Of a stretch of DNA of 64,000 bases, positions 12,180 to 23,800 are shown in pieces. Position 1 is the stretch's first letter, and every line of letters starts with the position of its first letter. The notes beneath the pieces are model-generated. The model was given only the letters and a program-made list of their open reading frames with translations, did no database searches and was not told the DNA's origin. Origin of the DNA: Leidyana gryllorum EB-2025a (lineage: Eukaryota; Protista; Apicomplexa); assembly GCA_048772705.1 (NCBI GenBank), contig JBLWGC010000194.1, positions 154,183-218,182 on the forward strand, written 5' to 3'. The position numbers were made by a program, and so were the translations under genes.

Positions 12180-13688
12180 TTAAAGCGTATCCACAAGCGG
12201 CCGACCTCGGGTTTCGTGCTTAAGGGTCAGGCAAACGCCCAGTGACAGACCGTAGAAAAGGGACCAGCTCAAAGGATAGAGCCAAATGTTGGGGAGTGCC
12301 ACCAAATAAGATCCCAGGAAACTAGTGATGAAAGCGCAGCAAGCTGTGATGGTACTCAGTATTGCCAAAGCTGCGCCCCGGTGGCTTGTTGGGAAGATCT
12401 CAGTGCTATAGATGTATAGTGTATTCCACATTCCCCCTGCGAAAAAGAAGGTAGTCAGCACTATACTCCATATTTCCACGGTATTCCGGCCTCCCACCCA
12501 TAGCAGCCCGCCAAGTGACAGCTGACCAACACAACAGAACGCAGATGTGGTGCGCAGCGTTATGATGCGGCCTGCATAGGCCCACTCCATTAGACGGTAC
12601 GAGACCAGTAATCCAGGAATTTGGACGGCGAATACGGCAAGTGTAGCCCAGTTTCCGAGGAGATCGAGTCGTGCGAAGAATGCAGTGATGTATGTGACTG
12701 ATCCCCAGTATCCGATCGCTGTCAGTGCCCACAAAGTTCCCAGCTTGATTATGTGCATCCGGTATTGTTCATGGCCAACTACTTCGCGAACCGCAACTCC
12801 AGTATGTCGGAGATGATCCAACATCTTTCCGAGTATGCTGGGAGGTGACAAGTCCGGCTGGCCACCACAAGGGGAGATCTCGCCGGAAACTTGAGAGGAT
12901 GACGAGCTGCAAAGCTCAACGTCGTGCGGCGAGGACCCCCCTAACCAATGGAACAATCCTTTTTCCCCGCCTGGGCACAACCGTATCAGACTGTTCCAGG
13001 CGGCTTTGGTGTTTCCCTGACTCAAGTGAAAACGAGGAGTCTCGATCCACGTCATTAGAAGAAATATGATAGCAAGTGTAGCTGGCAGCAGCCCGCAGAG
13101 CTGGAGTATGCGCCAAGACGGTATGTCAAAGGGTAAAGACACAGAGGTGAGGATCTGGTTGGCGCCAGACAGATACATTATGGCCAATAATTGAGCTATT
13201 TGAAGCAGTGTTGGGGGCAAGGCACGCTTTGAGGCTGCCACCACCTCCAGAACGAAGATGGTGGACGTGGAGGGCAGAGCTGCAACTATCAGCACTGACA
13301 GAGCGCGAGCCGCCACATAGAATTCAAATGTTGGCGCCAGAACACTCAGAGCGGTGGTGAAGAATTGAGCCATTAGGCAGAAGGCGATCAGGGGACGTCG
13401 TCCTATCACGTCCTGAGCTGGAATAATGAGTAGAGACCCTAACAAACGAGCTACGTAACCCGACGCGAAAACGATGTTATAGTACGTTCTCCTCCCTTCC
13501 AACTCCGGCCAAGCAGCCCACATGGACGCCGTACTCATCGTGGGTAAGAAGACTTGTTCCATGAAAGATGCGGCGGCACAGGCTGCCATCAGAACCAGGT
13601 AGACCTGCTGTCGGTGAGTGCCGATAGCTCGCAGTACATCCTCGATGGAAACAGGGGCACGGCGTACCTCAACAACAACGGTCTCCAT
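12180..13688 (-). CDS. MFS transporter (SV2-like), copy 2, intronless
   Basis: 502 aa with DVIGRR, ETPRF, YSTEIFPTSHRGAA and ETRG; colinear with copy 1. Confidence 0.9.
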   Translation of the reverse strand: METVVVEVRRAPVSIEDVLRAIGTHRQQVYLVLMAACAAASFMEQVFLPTMSTASMWAAWPELEGRRTYYNIVFASGYVARLLGSLLIIPAQDVIGRRPLIAFCLMAQFFTTALSVLAPTFEFYVAARALSVLIVAALPSTSTIFVLEVVAASKRALPPTLLQIAQLLAIMYLSGANQILTSVSLPFDIPSWRILQLCGLLPATLAIIFLLMTWIETPRFHLSQGNTKAAWNSLIRLCPGGEKGLFHWLGGSSPHDVELCSSSSSQVSGEISPCGGQPDLSPPSILGKMLDHLRHTGVAVREVVGHEQYRMHIIKLGTLWALTAIGYWGSVTYITAFFARLDLLGNWATLAVFAVQIPGLLVSYRLMEWAYAGRIITLRTTSAFCCVGQLSLGGLLWVGGRNTVEIWSIVLTTFFFAGGMWNTLYIYSTEIFPTSHRGAALAILSTITACCAFITSFLGSYLVALPNIWLYPLSWSLFYGLSLGVCLTLKHETRGRPLVDTL

Positions 13689-13705
13689 TTTGAGACCTGA
13701 CGTCC

Positions 13706-15239
13706 CTATTTTTCCGGCACTTCCCCATTGAGCTGATGGTCATCCAAACCCTTCTTGGACGTGTCTTCAGGAGGGATCCAGGAGCAGAGTGCTGTTATGA
13801 ACCTCAGCCCCCCCCAAATCAGCGGAAAGATCCAGGGCTTGTCCTCGTTCAGTGAGGCCGAACCAACATATGTCGTCACAACAACCGAAAGTGATGTAAC
13901 TGCACCAAAAACGCTCATAGCGCTTCCGCGGTGCATTGTCGGATAGGACTCGGCGCTGAACGCGTAGATCGCGCCCCAAATAGGCCCTCCGAAGAAGTAG
14001 CCCAACAGACTGATCGCGGTCAACCATCCTGGAGATCGCAACCAGCTATCCTCTGACGCCATTAAACTGAATGCCAATGTCAGTAGCGCTACGCCAGCAC
14101 CAACTGCTGCATATCGAATGGCCGGGAGTCGGCCGTGACGTTGCATGAACCAGTAGATCAAAACTTGTCCTGCGGGCACAGAGAAGAGTAGTCAAAGTGT
14201 TCGATGCAACGAGACACGCACGCAGCATATGCGTTACAGCAAACTCACCTGGCAGTTGAATGGCAAAACTTCCCGCAGTGGTCCAAGCGCGGTGGACCCC
14301 AATATAAGTGTAAAACAGAGTTAGATATGAAGACATTCCCCAGTGCGCAAAAGATTGAAGCGCTGTCAGAAGAATGACGCCAAGTGTGTTACGCCTATAC
14401 GACTTGGAGATAACAAATTTGCCCATATGGATAAAGTTATCCAACACCAAAGTGCACCAGCTTTTGTGTTTGCGATCACTAGGCACAAATCCTTCAAAAG
14501 TGTCGGGTATGGAGGAGATGTCAAGCCTCTCCAGCAGCCCTTGTTCTCCTTTCGGACAGAGCTTGCACAGAATGCGCCAGGCTCCAGTAGGGTTTCCTTG
14601 GTTTGTCGCAACGAAGCGTGGGGTCTCGAGCCAGAGCCAGAGCATTCCCGCAATGGCAAAGAGGGTCGGGACTTGGACAACGCCGGCTGCCCAGCGCCAA
14701 GCATTTTCCAAACCCTTGGAGGACTCTAAGCCTTCGATCAAGAAGGTGGCATAGATTATGTAGAGAACGGCCACTGTCTGACACAGCATCGCCGGTAGCG
14801 CGCGTCGTCGGGTGAAGACCATCTCCAAGGAGTATATGGTGGCAGCCGATGGGAGGACCGAGGTGAGGCCGAGGACAGCGCAGCGGAGGACGACGTAGAC
14901 CGGATAATTCGGCGCGAAGGCGGAAGCCACGCCCATGACAGTCGATAGACACAAGCAGGAGACAATGAAAGGCCTTCTGCCGATAATGTCGATCCACGGT
15001 AAGAGGAATAAAGATCCTGCCAGGCGTGCAAAGGCACCAAGGGCAAAGACCAAGTTGTAGGTATATCGATCATCTGCCAACCAGTCCCAGTCTTCCAGCA
15101 TAGATGTGGTACTCAGAGTCGCTAGCATTGATTGCATGCTGAAATGGGCATAGGTCAGCGCGCTGACTATCATAATGACTGCTTGATACTTGTGGGTGCC
15201 TATCGCGGCCAAGACTCCCTCCATTGAGAAGCTTGTCAT
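13706..15239 (-). CDS. MFS transporter (SV2-like), copy 3, one intron
   Basis: ATG 15239 (MTSFSMEGVLAAIGTHKYQ aligns with SIEDVLRAIGTHRQQ of copy 2). DIIGRR, ETPRF and AESYPTMHRGSA. A 79-nt GT-AG intron at 14248-14170 joins the two ORFs. Confidence 0.88.
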
Positions 15240-15241
15240 GA

Positions 15242-16585
15242 CTAAAAATTGGTCCTCTTTTTGTGGCGGGGACGCCCGTATTCCCACCGAGTGCTCACTG
15301 TAGACCCCTCTGATGACGAATTATCCGATACGATTCCAGCCAGTAGAGATTTGCGTCGGTTCATATCTCTTCGCCGAGCCGTGCGGGCCGCCGCCATCTC
15401 GTGCTGAGGCTTTTGATCTGTCGGTGGTGGAAGAGGTGGTGGTCTACGGGCAGATTGGCGAGCTGTACGCCGCGCAGTTCTAAATCCTGTCTCTTGCTGT
15501 CGTTTGCTCCGTCTCCGATGCAGCGACGGCGGCGGTGGCGGACAGGGTGTGAAGTGAGCTCCCTCCATCGGCAACCGTCGAACTCGGGAAGTTTTTGGTT
15601 GATACTGCATGTTGACAGACGATTTCAGAATAGATCCACCGCCCATAGGACTTCCTGACTCAACGGGCTTTTGCGGCTTCTTCTTGGTGATTGGCGGTAC
15701 CGGTCTGGCGTCCGGGACGCCAGGCAGCGACGATCTCCTCTTCCGTATGACCGGCGACTCTTTTCCACCCGACGAGCCCGCCTCCGCTGGCATCTGGACA
15801 ATGGAAAGACGACGCGCGAACGGTCCCGCCGAGGCTTTACTCGCCTCAGCTTGTCCCCCACTCTGTCTTTCACTCGGTGGTTCGGCGAAGCGTCCACGGG
15901 TCATCGCAGGGGTCATTGTAGTTGTTCGAGAGGGGACGGGGAGATCAAGCGGCTTTGCACCTCCGCCTTGCTGCCGCGTGCTGGGAGTCGCTGACCGCCG
16001 CAGGATCGCCGGCGGGGGAGTGGCATCACGAATTCTTCGAACGGGTGTTAGGGCTCGAGGCTTTGGTGGGAGTGCCGGTGGCGCTTTGTGAGCTTTGTGC
16101 ATGATGAAAGTCGAATCGTCCACAAAACGAGGCGTCTGCTCATCTTCAAATAGCCGAAATGTGGGTGTGTACGCCGTTGTGTGACGGGTTGGTGTTGGTG
16201 AGAGTAGGGGGGTGGTGAGGAGCATTGCAGCTGCTGGTTGTGGCGTGAGATGGAATTTTGCGTCTTGCGAGAGCTGGTCGGGGTGGCTAAGGGCTGCTGT
16301 ATCAGCGGACACAATGCTCGAGTTGTCCAGCGAACGCGAGATGACCTCAATCTCCCAGGGATCAATTAGGGCGCTTGGATGCGAGCAAATGTCTTTGCAG
16401 TCTTCGAACGCCTGTGTTGCCTTTGGGCAGTGTCGCCGACAACACGAGGGTGTGGCCTCCCATTCATGTTCGACCGCCAATCGGCGTAGCGGAATCCTCG
16501 GGGCTCCGTGGATGGCTTCCTGCCTGATGAGAGGCAGCAGATCACTGGAGAGCCGGAAGTCCTGGCGCCCACGGACCTTGAACAT
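15242..16585 (-). CDS. Hypothetical Pro/Arg/Ser-rich, largely disordered basic protein
   Basis: 447-codon ORF filling the space between MFS copy 3 and GPN2. It has a Cys cluster (CCRRHC..C..C) near the N-terminus and polyPro and RRxS motifs. Exact start uncertain (16585 or 16596). Confidence 0.65.
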   Translation of the reverse strand: MFKVRGRQDFRLSSDLLPLIRQEAIHGAPRIPLRRLAVEHEWEATPSCCRRHCPKATQAFEDCKDICSHPSALIDPWEIEVISRSLDNSSIVSADTAALSHPDQLSQDAKFHLTPQPAAAMLLTTPLLSPTPTRHTTAYTPTFRLFEDEQTPRFVDDSTFIMHKAHKAPPALPPKPRALTPVRRIRDATPPPAILRRSATPSTRQQGGGAKPLDLPVPSRTTTMTPAMTRGRFAEPPSERQSGGQAEASKASAGPFARRLSIVQMPAEAGSSGGKESPVIRKRRSSLPGVPDARPVPPITKKKPQKPVESGSPMGGGSILKSSVNMQYQPKTSRVRRLPMEGAHFTPCPPPPPSLHRRRSKRQQETGFRTARRTARQSARRPPPLPPPTDQKPQHEMAAARTARRRDMNRRKSLLAGIVSDNSSSEGSTVSTRWEYGRPRHKKRTNF

Positions 16586-16622
16586 ACCCGCACCATCTCA
16601 GTGAAAGGTGCAAAAATTTCTA
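16586..16622. promoter_or_regulatory. Candidate minimal bidirectional promoter/initiator (CAAAAATTT)
   Basis: 37-nt interval between divergent ATGs containing caaaaattt at 16611-16619; similar motifs recur at other gene starts. Confidence 0.4.
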
Positions 16623-17819
16623 ATGCCTGTTGACTATGGTCAATTGGTGGTGGGCCCCCCTGGCAGCGGGAAGAGTACTTACTGTCAGGGCATGCACCAA
16701 CTCCTGTCTGCTCTGAAACGCCCGCATTTACTCATAAATCTCGATTTCGCGAACGAGTTCCACCAATCAACGAACAACGAACTCCCACAATTCGATCCTC
16801 CAGATGTTGACATTCGAGACCTAATAACTGTTGAACAAGTTATGAGAGAACATAATTTGGGGCCCAACGGCTCCCTGATATATTGTAACAAGTTCTTGCG
16901 TCAGCACGTCCAATGGCTCAAAGACAAAATCAAAGAAGCTAAAAGGGCACGAGGCTATAAGCACTCTTACCTTCTCTTTGATATGCCGGGACAGGTCGAA
17001 TTGTACACTCACGACGAGTCCATTCACCATATCATCAAGGAACTTAGCGATAGAGACAAAGCAATCCGGGTAAGGAAGAGTACTTACTCACTCACACATA
17101 GCAAATACTTCTCTCAGCTGGCCGCTGTGCATCTCATCGATGCCAACTTATGCACTCAGCCTCATCAATATTTCTCAAGTCTTTTAGTCTCTCTCTCAGC
17201 TCAGATAGGCCTGGAACTGCCTTTTGTTAATTGCTTCACAAAGATCGATCTGCTGGAGCAGGACGGTGATCATCTCAGTGAGTCTCACACGACCGCTACC
17301 TTCTCTCTCAAATTTGGCCCTTCAGAATTCCCCTTAGAGTACTATGCGAGAGCCGAGGATCTCCAATACATGGTGCCTCACGCGCACCCACCACTTGAAA
17401 AAGGCAAGCAGACCAAGGAACATCTCTTTGCACAATTCCACTCGGAGATTTGCGACATAGTTGAGAGTTACAAGTGAGATACAAACACTCCTTCCTCCAC
17501 ACATTAATTGCCGCCCCACTGCAGCTTGGTATCCTTCATTCCGCTCAATATACAAGACAAACAGAGCACCATGGCGGTCCTGGCTCAAGTCGATCAAGCA
17601 AACGGATTTGCAATGTCAGCGTACCTGCCACCACATTTACGGTTGCCTGGTGAATCGGATAACGCTGAACTACGCCTCCCAGTGAAGAACTATCTCAAAG
17701 CATTCGGTTCGGAGTGGTTCGATGGAATTGAATTTGACCGAGACGGGACACCCACACTCGACGACATAAATGAAGCACACGCACAACAACAGCAAGACGA
17801 GCAGCAACAGTCAACCTGA
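16623..17819 (+). CDS. GPN2: GPN-loop GTPase 2
   Basis: GQLVVGPPGSGKSTYC, LGPNGSL (GPN loop), FDMPGQVELYTH, TKIDL and YNLVSFIPLNIQD. Introns 17070-17117, 17278-17325 and 17474-17524. GPPGSGK and GQVEL favour GPN2 over GPN3. Confidence 0.88.
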
Positions 17820-20800
17820 AGGAGACGACGACGACGACCCTCCCTCGGAGTTGTCAGACACCACATCGGACCTCACAACATCAGCTTGCGGAATGGCGTC
17901 TCCCGCCGGAGACGCCTTTCCCTTTAAGGCCGGCTTCCCTTTTGAGAGAACTTTTCCTTTGGAGCTGCTCTTGAGAGGCCCCACTTTCGGCGGACCCGCA
18001 CCCCCCTTCACACCAGCCTTCATTTTGAAGCCTTTTGGGGCCATCGGTTCACTGTTCAGCGCGTTTGAGGGCGACTTGGGCTGCTTCATCAGTGGACTTT
18101 TTCCTTTGCCGCCTTTAGATGGCGTGTCCGTTGTACCTCCGAACTTTCCTTTGCCTTTCATCGGTGACGACTTCATCTTCGCACCTCCATTCTCAGCAAT
18201 CTCAACATCGCCGATGACGCCTGGTGGTTCCTTCGATACCTTTCGCAACGTTGGGCTCATCTTGATGGGTTTCTTCATACTGTCCTTCGGCATTTTGGCT
18301 TTGCCCTTCTTCGGGGTGGTGGCTTTCGGATCACCTACGATACCGATGAGACGTCTCCTCTCCGGAGACATCGGCTTACCTCCGTCATTTGCGACTTTAC
18401 CCTTCAGCTGTGGGGTGCCCGGCTTCTTTGCGTCCCCGAGCTTTGCTTTCCGAGCCTCTGCTAATGTAAGAGGCCTATCACCACTGACCCCTTTGGGAGG
18501 GAAACCCTTCTTTTCACCGACTCCTTTAGATTTTGGAACCGGGCCTTTTGCAGCGGACCCTTTGGCGCTGCCTTTGGCAAACGGTCCTTTCACAGGCTGT
18601 ATGGCACCTTCGTGGTCGCTCTCCCCTTCATTGGCTCGGGCTCGGAGTCGCTGCGCTTCCTTGATAAGACTTTCGATCGAGCCTTCCACCGAGCGGCCCA
18701 ACAACTCAACCTGTCGATCATCGCTGTCATCCGATGATGCCTTGGCTTTGAGGGCTTTGGGGGATTTGATGTCAGGCCGAGCCGATTTGGACTCGGAGGC
18801 TTCTGCGTCCGACTGGGTCAATTTAGCTTTATGGACGACTGGACGACCGGCTAATTCCGCGAGCGCACGTTCCAAAGATGTCTCGTGATGGACGGTTGGC
18901 TTCTTTGTGCCGTTAGAAGCGGCTTCCGTGTTGCCGCCTCTGACAACATGAGCGCCTTCGAGGAGGATGGCTTGTTCGTCCACTGTTCGAGAATAGGAAG
19001 ACACTTGCAGGTGAGGGTTGGGAGGTTTCAGAAGGCTTCGAGGTATCATTGTGCTGCCAAACTCCGGTACATCGCTCAGCTCGACAAAGTCCGGCATCTC
19101 GCCTCCGAAATCGCGCAGTAATCGAGTAGCCGCGTCGGTGGGATGGACATTGCGGGCGTGATTCTGAGCTATCTTCAACGATCGAAGTTTGACACAATTT
19201 GCCTCCAATGCTTTGGCCAAATCCACCAAACACTGAGTGAGATTGAAGCTGACATTACGCATCGGCAGAATGAACACTCACCTTGTTGGGAATCGTATTG
19301 TTTCTTAGATCCAACTTGAGGATCCGCTGCGCTTTCTCCTTTTGAAGGGACACAAAGGGTGGAGGAGGGATCTCTTGTGGATGGTTGAGCACAGAGGTTT
19401 CCGGCCGCTCCTGAGGTTTGTATTTCCGCGCTGTAACCGGCGGCTCTTCAATTGAAGATGACGAAGGCGATCGAGATCTCGGAGTCGAAGACCGATCTGA
19501 CTCTGTCTCCGTCTCGTTCAAACTGTCGTGAGAAATGTCCGAGTCGTCAGAGAGGCTCGTCTGCCTTCCCATTTGACCACTCATTCTTGCAGGCAATTGC
19601 GGAATCTGTTGGGTGTGGGCTATCATTGGAGGTGTAGCCGGAGCAGAGGGAGGAGCTGCGGGCGTTGACTTTTGGGAGGAGGTTCCTGATGAGCTCGCGG
19701 GCGATTTCGCCCTAATCTCAATCTCTTTGGGTTCATTGGCTTTGGTCGGCCGCACCAAAGGTTTGCCGGTGATCTTCGACCCCAAAGGTTTCGAGAGTGT
19801 CGGACCTTTGCTGCTCAAACTCGGCTTCAACGGAGCTTTCATCAACTTTTTGACCGGACTCTTCACGGACGCCCCTTTCGCGGGCGTTCCACCATCCCCC
19901 AGTGCCTTTTTGATGGGCATCTTACCGCCCTTCGTTGGTGCTTTGGTCATAAGGGCTTTCGTTGACTTGGGGTCAGACGCCTTCCCGCCATCTCCGGTCA
20001 GTCCCTTACCCAATTTACCTTTGCCAATAGGCCCTTTCCCTTTGCCGTTGAATTTGCCCATCTTAGTGTCGGGGTAGAGGTTACTGGGAGAGTCTTTCCC
20101 GGGTACTGGCATCTTCCCCCCATTCATCTTGGGCACTCCACCTGCCTTCTTGGCACCCACTCCTTTGCCGGGCGCCTTTTTGAGCCCCAACTTTTCGCCT
20201 CCCTTCACCCCTTTTGCTCCAGCAGGGTCTCCTCCTCCGCCCTTGGGTCCCTTGGGGGGTGCTCCTCCTTTCGCACTTGGCTTTCCCTTGGCTGGGCTTT
20301 GACCGGGAGTCTTTCCCTTCGCTGATTTGCCCGGTGCGGATCCTACGTCTCCCTTTTTGACGGGGCCTTTGGCTGGACCTTTTGTCGGCCCAGTCTTCGG
20401 AGTACTCGCCTCCTCCTTCTTGACGACTGGGGTCTTGCCTTTAACACCGCCCTTGCCGCCCTTCGAGACGGCTTTGCCCTTCCCGAATTTCTTGGGCACG
20501 TTCTCCGCGTCAGAATCAATTGCATCGGGGGGTTCAGCGGCGAAGAGTTGGGAGTTGTCGACCAGTTTGATCGTGCGTTTCCGCTGTGTTCGTCTCTCGC
20601 CAGGGAAGGCGATCTGCATAGGCCGATGTTCATCAGGGATACCCAGGCTGGACTCTCGAGAGAGTTTTCGGAAACTGGCGGTGGATCCTTCACGCCGGAG
20701 CGTGTCCAGAGTCTCTCGTGTTTCGACGGCTTTCTTGACAGGCGGTTGGGCAATCGATTGCCGATTCTGGGTCCGGTCGCCATGTTCATACTTCAGTGCG

Positions 20801-23800
20801 TCCACGAGAGCGATTGCGAATCCGTCACTGAGACCGTTGTTGCGGACACTGAGGTCAGAGAGGGTCGAAATAGTACTGCGAGCGGCCCACCTTATTGTTT
20901 CTGTGCGGCAGAAAGCCATGAGATCCACAATGGCCAAGGCGAGCGGTGTGTTGTCCAGGAACCAGTTTGAATCCAAGATGCAATGTCGAGGATTCAAAGA
21001 TCTCAGAACGAATCGGAGAGCTCGGCTTTGATCGGTGGTATGGGCGGCCAATCTGTTAACTGAGAGGTCAATGGTTTGCACTTTGATGGGGAAACGTAGG
21101 AGAATTTGACAAATGTCCATCAGGTGGAACTCGTCAATACCACAGTTCACCAGATAGAGAGCATCGATACTCGGCATACCACCGGCCATGCGATAGAGAC
21201 GTCTGACCAGAGCTTCAAACTCGTCGCTGTTGAAAACACACTGAGATAAGTCAATGGTTTTGGTGTGATCTTCATCTGCCCAATACTGGATCTCTTCTGT
21301 CATCGGTGTGCCCACTCTGCCCAGATTCTCCAACATGACTGCTGGGGCCCGGAACGCAGGCATAACTCCATCCGGGAGCGCAGACGAACGGATTCGCAAA
21401 AGTCTCCTTTCTATACGCCTGGCGACACAATCGTGCAGCATTCTGAAGCTCGAGGGCACACGGCGGTCCAGAGCATTCTCTTCTGCGCTCCAAGTTCGTG
21501 TGCTCAGATAGGACTCGAGTCGATTCGCTCGCAGACGATATCGACTACGTCTCCGCGCTTTGCGGTCTGCGTCGGTCTTATCCAACCATCGTTGCTCGAT
21601 GACACTTCGGTTCGTTTCGATCTCGTTGGGCGTCACAGTGATAGGCGTCAGTCGGGTGCGCAAGTAGAGCCCTTCGGCTTTGATGAAAGCAGCTTGCTCG
21701 GGTATCGCCAGTCTCAGAACTGCAGTGGTCGGCTCGCAACGTATTGGGGCAATGGAACACTCACCGTGTGGCTCGACGGCGCCACCACAATCCTCGCCGA
21801 TGGTGTGGATCTCCCACGGAAAGCCCACCGCGCTGATACATTGCAGTCTCGGGCAGGTGCTGGCGAGAATTTTGACCAATTGCACAAAGACTCGGCGGTC
21901 AAACGTATTGTAATCCAACCGCAGTCGACAAAGACTCCACGCGCGTGACAACGAGCCGGAGCTCTCATTGATCGGTCCGGTCAGAAATAGGCGTCGACCG
22001 CTCTGCCAAACATTCAAATTCTGGTCGACACTTCCTGCCGTGGCAGCGTCGGGTGCAACTGGTACACGAGTCTGCAGTAATCGTACAGTCCGCGTGAGCG
22101 TGTCTGTGTCAATGGCGCATCCGGTGAGGTCGATGTCTTCCAGGGCTGAATCTGCGAAAAGATCCACCAGAAAGCGCGCCACCTGGCCGGGGGGAGCTTT
22201 GCTCCCCATCAGTGTGTGACTCAGATCCACTTCACGAATCCTTAACCCCCGAAGTACTTGCGATAAGGCTCGCAATCGATTGTCCACAGTCGTATCTGAG
22301 ACGGCCATACCGCAAACAGACTTAAGAGAACGAGTTGATCGGAGTTACTCACCGCCCCGAGTCAGATAGTGTAGATCGGCAGACTCGAGAGAGGTCTGAG
22401 ACATGAAATCCGAATGGCTCAGCGACAAAGCCCGGAGACGGCTGGCAGAAGTATTTTCGAGCCGAGGAAGAACGGGGAAGAGATCCAGGCAAAGGAACAT
22501 GTCGCCGGAGCAGCTGTTGAATGTGCTGTCTCTCTGGTCACCAGACAATGTCACTTACAATCGAAATTCCGCTTTCCGACAATGGAGACTCTGGACAGCG
22601 ACAGCGAGCAACAGAGAAGCGAACTTGGCAGCGAAATTGATTTCATGAATACTGAGCGTCTTTGATCTTCTGCAGGCGTTGAACACATCGATCGCGTCTC
22701 GCAGTGGATTCGCCCGGGTGGCAGCAATCAGTTCCTCTTTGCGAACATTCCCGGATTGGGCCCCAGTCGTCTCTGGTGGTTCGGCTGCGGGTATGAAGGC
22801 CAATAGTGATGTGTCTCCTTCGTTTCCCAACTCTTTCGCCAAATCAGTTCGGGATTTGAGGATTTCCGGGAACTTGGCAACGAGCAATGGGAAGAAGGTG
22901 AGTGTGAGGGTGGGACAGTCGGTGAGGTTAATGAACCTGAGGAACGGCAAGTACTCTCGTACGACGTAGCACAGCTTGGTGACGTCCTGATTGTTCACAG
23001 AGTTCCCACTCAGATTTAAACTCAACCCGGGCTCGAAGTAACTCTTTGTCCACACCAACTGCATATCGGAACTCTTCTCCTGCAGAAAGGAACAGAAGCC
23101 TTCGATGAAGAGAGTGCTCAGACGATTGTGGCTGAGTCTGAGGAGCGGCGGAGAGAGAGAACGGTGTCAGTTGGGTAAGCGAGTGAGTATTCGAAAACTC
23201 ACTCCAGTCTTTCTAGAGGTCGACTCATCACCAGTTCCGCGAATCCCCTGCCAATCTGGGCGTGGTCACCCAGGGAGCAATGGTTCAGCATCACGATTCG
23301 GGCCCCTGTCGCATCAATCACTCGGACGAGATGGATCATTTGCTCTGGCGAGTTGGCCAAATCCAAGACGTTATAGGAGAAATCCCAGATCTGCAGGTTG
23401 GAGGAGATTCGCGTGGGGAGTTCGATGAAATCCTTGAACCATTTCGATGTCACTTGGGCCCGATTCACCGAAACGCACATCACTTTGTCACCTTCCGGTT
23501 CAATGTCGCTGACCACGGCGCAAAGCTCGTCCACCGGAGTCTCCACCCCCGAGAAGTCGAGCTCGTAGGAATACCGATCCAAGATGCTCGCGATCAAGTC
23601 TGGATTGGGCAGACGATTCGAGTCTTTGGTGCGACGCAAATGGCGGGCCGCCACCCAACTGCATAGACCTAAATTCAACCACAAAGCGTCAAAACTCACA
23701 CGCGACACAAATCGTGGTACCACCCCCATGCTGTATCATCATCAACAGCCACAAAGGTGATCGTGTTGGGCAGGGCCACGGGCAATTTGAATCGCCCCAG

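Noticed and set aside
14046-14248. MFS copy 3 as a frameshifted pseudogene
   Set aside because: Explained by the canonical 79-nt intron.
17770-18888. 372-aa antisense Phe/Pro/Leu-rich ORF (and similar ORFs at 19613-21031)
   Set aside because: Shadow frame of the Lys/Gly-rich low-complexity coding strand.
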